Below, piece after piece: positions 62,184 to 64,000 of a DNA stretch of 64,000 bases; positions within the stretch are counted from its first letter, which is position 1; each line of letters starts with the position of its first letter. This DNA is from Nitrospinota bacterium (GTDB lineage Bacteria > Nitrospinota > Nitrospinia > Nitrospinales > VA-1). The notes below the pieces were generated by a model. That model did not search any database. It saw nothing but the letters and a program-made list of their open reading frames with translations, and was not told the origin of the DNA. The stretch is taken from assembly GCA_038108555.1 (NCBI GenBank), contig JAYNIA010000003.1, positions 70,381 through 134,380 on the forward strand. Reading direction: 5' to 3'. Position numbers and translations under genes: made by a program.

Positions 62184-63791
62184 TTAAGCCAGTACACTGA
62201 TAGATTGGTTTCCATCAAAAATAAATGGCATGTTCGTTTCTTCAAATTCCAGGTCCATATCAGATGAAGCCATTTGATCCTGCTGCAAGGAGCCTGATGG
62301 GTCCCTATCGCCTAACTCTTTTTCGTTTTGGTTTGGGTTGCCAGATTCCCCGCCAACCGTTACGGAAAAGCTGTCGACTTTAAGGCCCTGGTCGCTCATC
62401 GCATCGCGAAGCTGCCCGAAATTACTTTCTATCGTTTGTTTCACCGCATGATTTTCAGCAATGATAACGGTGCGAACCGAATCACCCACGGTGGAAATAT
62501 TCAGCCGAACCGTTCCCAGTGAAGGAGGGTCGAGCTTTACATGAACTTCGTTTTGAGCCCCCGTAGTGCGGACATTTAACTTATTAACAATCTGATTTAT
62601 GATTTTGGTTTCCGAAGCACCGCGAGCAATCATTTTCTCAGGTAATACCGACTTGTTGGCCTGGGTGGCTTTTATTGCGTTGTCTGCAACAGAGGTAGGT
62701 GCTTGAACCTGGAGGTCCGGCCCTGTTTTTGCGGCATCAACTCCTTTAAATGCACTTGCATCTTTTCCACCCTCAGTTTGAACCAATGTGGCTTGTGCAT
62801 TGTTGTCTTTTAAAAGCTGAGTTAGATTGGAATCTTTAACTCCCTTATCCCCTGCAGATTCTTTGGGGTTAATGCGTGGAGCCTCTTCAGCTTTAGGAGT
62901 TTGAGGCAATTTATCGAGAGAGGCTGCGCGTTCACTTTTTTCCGGTTTTGCGGAAACTTCTTTTGCCTGGGCGCTAACACCTGCTTCGTTTCCTTTGTCC
63001 CGCTGACCCGTATTTTTTGAGGATTCCGATTGATCCACCTGCTTGGCAGATTCTTTTTCTGCAGATGCAACTTGTTGCTCCTGAATATCTTTTTTAACAT
63101 TAAGGTCGAGGGTTTTATCGACTTCCTTTTGAGCGGTGGCGGCGGTGGTTGTAGTGGATGGAGTTTTGAGATAGTTGACTAAATTTTTTGCCTGCTCATC
63201 TGTCAAACCTGCTTTTTTCAAAAGGTCGATGGCTTGGCCTTCGTGTTTTTGAAGGCGTGCAATCAATTCACTTTCTGAAAGGGCATCATAATCTTCCCCC
63301 GCTAAAATTCCATTTTGATTCAGGTTTTGAGTAAGTGATTTCAGCAGCGATTGAATATCCCGTTCCCCGTTCAACCCAAGATATTCAAGTAAAGCTTCGA
63401 ACTCTTCCTGTTCAATTCCAAGCTCTTTTAATTTCGCCGCAAATTCAGCGCTTTTTTCAAAAGCGGTTTCTTTGTTTTCGATATTTGCAGGTTTAACCGG
63501 TTCGTTTGCTACAGATGCAGCGGTTTCATCATATTTATCAGAATCCGTTTTTGCTTTGTCATTGCTGTTTTTTATCTTGGGTTTTGCCTTGTCTGCCTGT
63601 CCTATTTCGTTTTGATTATTGTTTTGTGCCGAATCTCCAGCATTAGTCTGCTGCGCCTTTTCTACTTGATGCGTAGCATCGCTTAGAAAATCATTAAAAT
63701 CACTATCACTTCCATAATCCGGTTTGGGAGTAGTCGGTTCCACAGGTGCCTGGGGTGCAAACAGTGCTAAAACGCTTGAATTACTTGGCAT
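62184..63791 (-). CDS. fliK: Flagellar hook-length control protein
   Basis: Low-complexity N-terminus; C-terminal KLDPPSLGTVRL...QLRDAMSDQGLKV; fliK-flgD-flgE order. Confidence 0.88.
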   Translation of the reverse strand: MPSNSSVLALFAPQAPVEPTTPKPDYGSDSDFNDFLSDATHQVEKAQQTNAGDSAQNNNQNEIGQADKAKPKIKNSNDKAKTDSDKYDETAASVANEPVKPANIENKETAFEKSAEFAAKLKELGIEQEEFEALLEYLGLNGERDIQSLLKSLTQNLNQNGILAGEDYDALSESELIARLQKHEGQAIDLLKKAGLTDEQAKNLVNYLKTPSTTTTAATAQKEVDKTLDLNVKKDIQEQQVASAEKESAKQVDQSESSKNTGQRDKGNEAGVSAQAKEVSAKPEKSERAASLDKLPQTPKAEEAPRINPKESAGDKGVKDSNLTQLLKDNNAQATLVQTEGGKDASAFKGVDAAKTGPDLQVQAPTSVADNAIKATQANKSVLPEKMIARGASETKIINQIVNKLNVRTTGAQNEVHVKLDPPSLGTVRLNISTVGDSVRTVIIAENHAVKQTIESNFGQLRDAMSDQGLKVDSFSVTVGGESGNPNQNEKELGDRDPSGSLQQDQMASSDMDLEFEETNMPFIFDGNQSISVLA

Positions 63792-63842
63792 CGATTAATT
63801 TCCGTTAAAAGGTTTTGAATATTATGCTGCACCTATCCCTTG

Positions 63843-63858
63843 AGCAAAACCAATGCCA
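63843..63858 (-). promoter_or_regulatory. Sigma54 promoter for fliK-flgD-flgE
   Basis: Minus strand TGGCAT-TGGTT-TTGCT about 50 bp upstream of fliK. Confidence 0.8.
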
Positions 63859-64000
63859 AACTGGAAAATAATCGACTAATACCTTTATTTATAATAATTT
63901 ATAAGGGTTGAGGTTGTTCAGATCTAACAGAAAAACCCGGTAAAAACTGCCTTTTGGGAGGGAAGATTTTCCTGATTTTGTGTGAAGGCAAAGCTCATGT

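Overview
Origin-proximal region of a low-GC bacterial chromosome. Gene content (hpnH, sigma54-driven flagellar genes, pilT/pilU/pilC/pilS, multiple cNMP and TPR proteins) suggests a Nitrospina-like organism, but that is a guess. Left end: parA (partial), two perfect parS sites, rsmG, etfA/etfB. From ~3.8 to 22.2 kb, wedged between the par/rsmG block and dnaA, is a compact phage-derived locus. It comprises a CI-like repressor with divergent regulators and a ~16 kb single-strand head-tail operon: holin-like gene, TerS, TerL, an RcGTA-type head-spike base plus putative spike fibre, HK97-type portal, protease and capsid, neck, tail tube, a -1 frameshifted chaperone, a very short tape measure, and tail tip proteins. 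No integrase, replication genes, endolysin or att sites are visible, so this is a strong candidate for an undescribed gene transfer agent (GTA) or domesticated prophage sitting next to oriC. Then come dnaA, oriC (DnaA box + DnaA-trios), gyrB, gyrA, serS, three tRNA-Ser, an unusual tRNA-Arg(GCG), SRP RNA, dnaX (A10 slippery tract), ybaB, recR, tRNA-Asn, hemB and lgt. Further right are an HTH-ATPase-STAS gene with a 22-bp phased operator array, a sigma54 regulator with three tandem cNMP-binding genes, trhP, hpnH, paired secreted paralogs, type IV pilus genes and flgE/flgD/fliK. Family assignments come from motif recognition and recall, not database searches.
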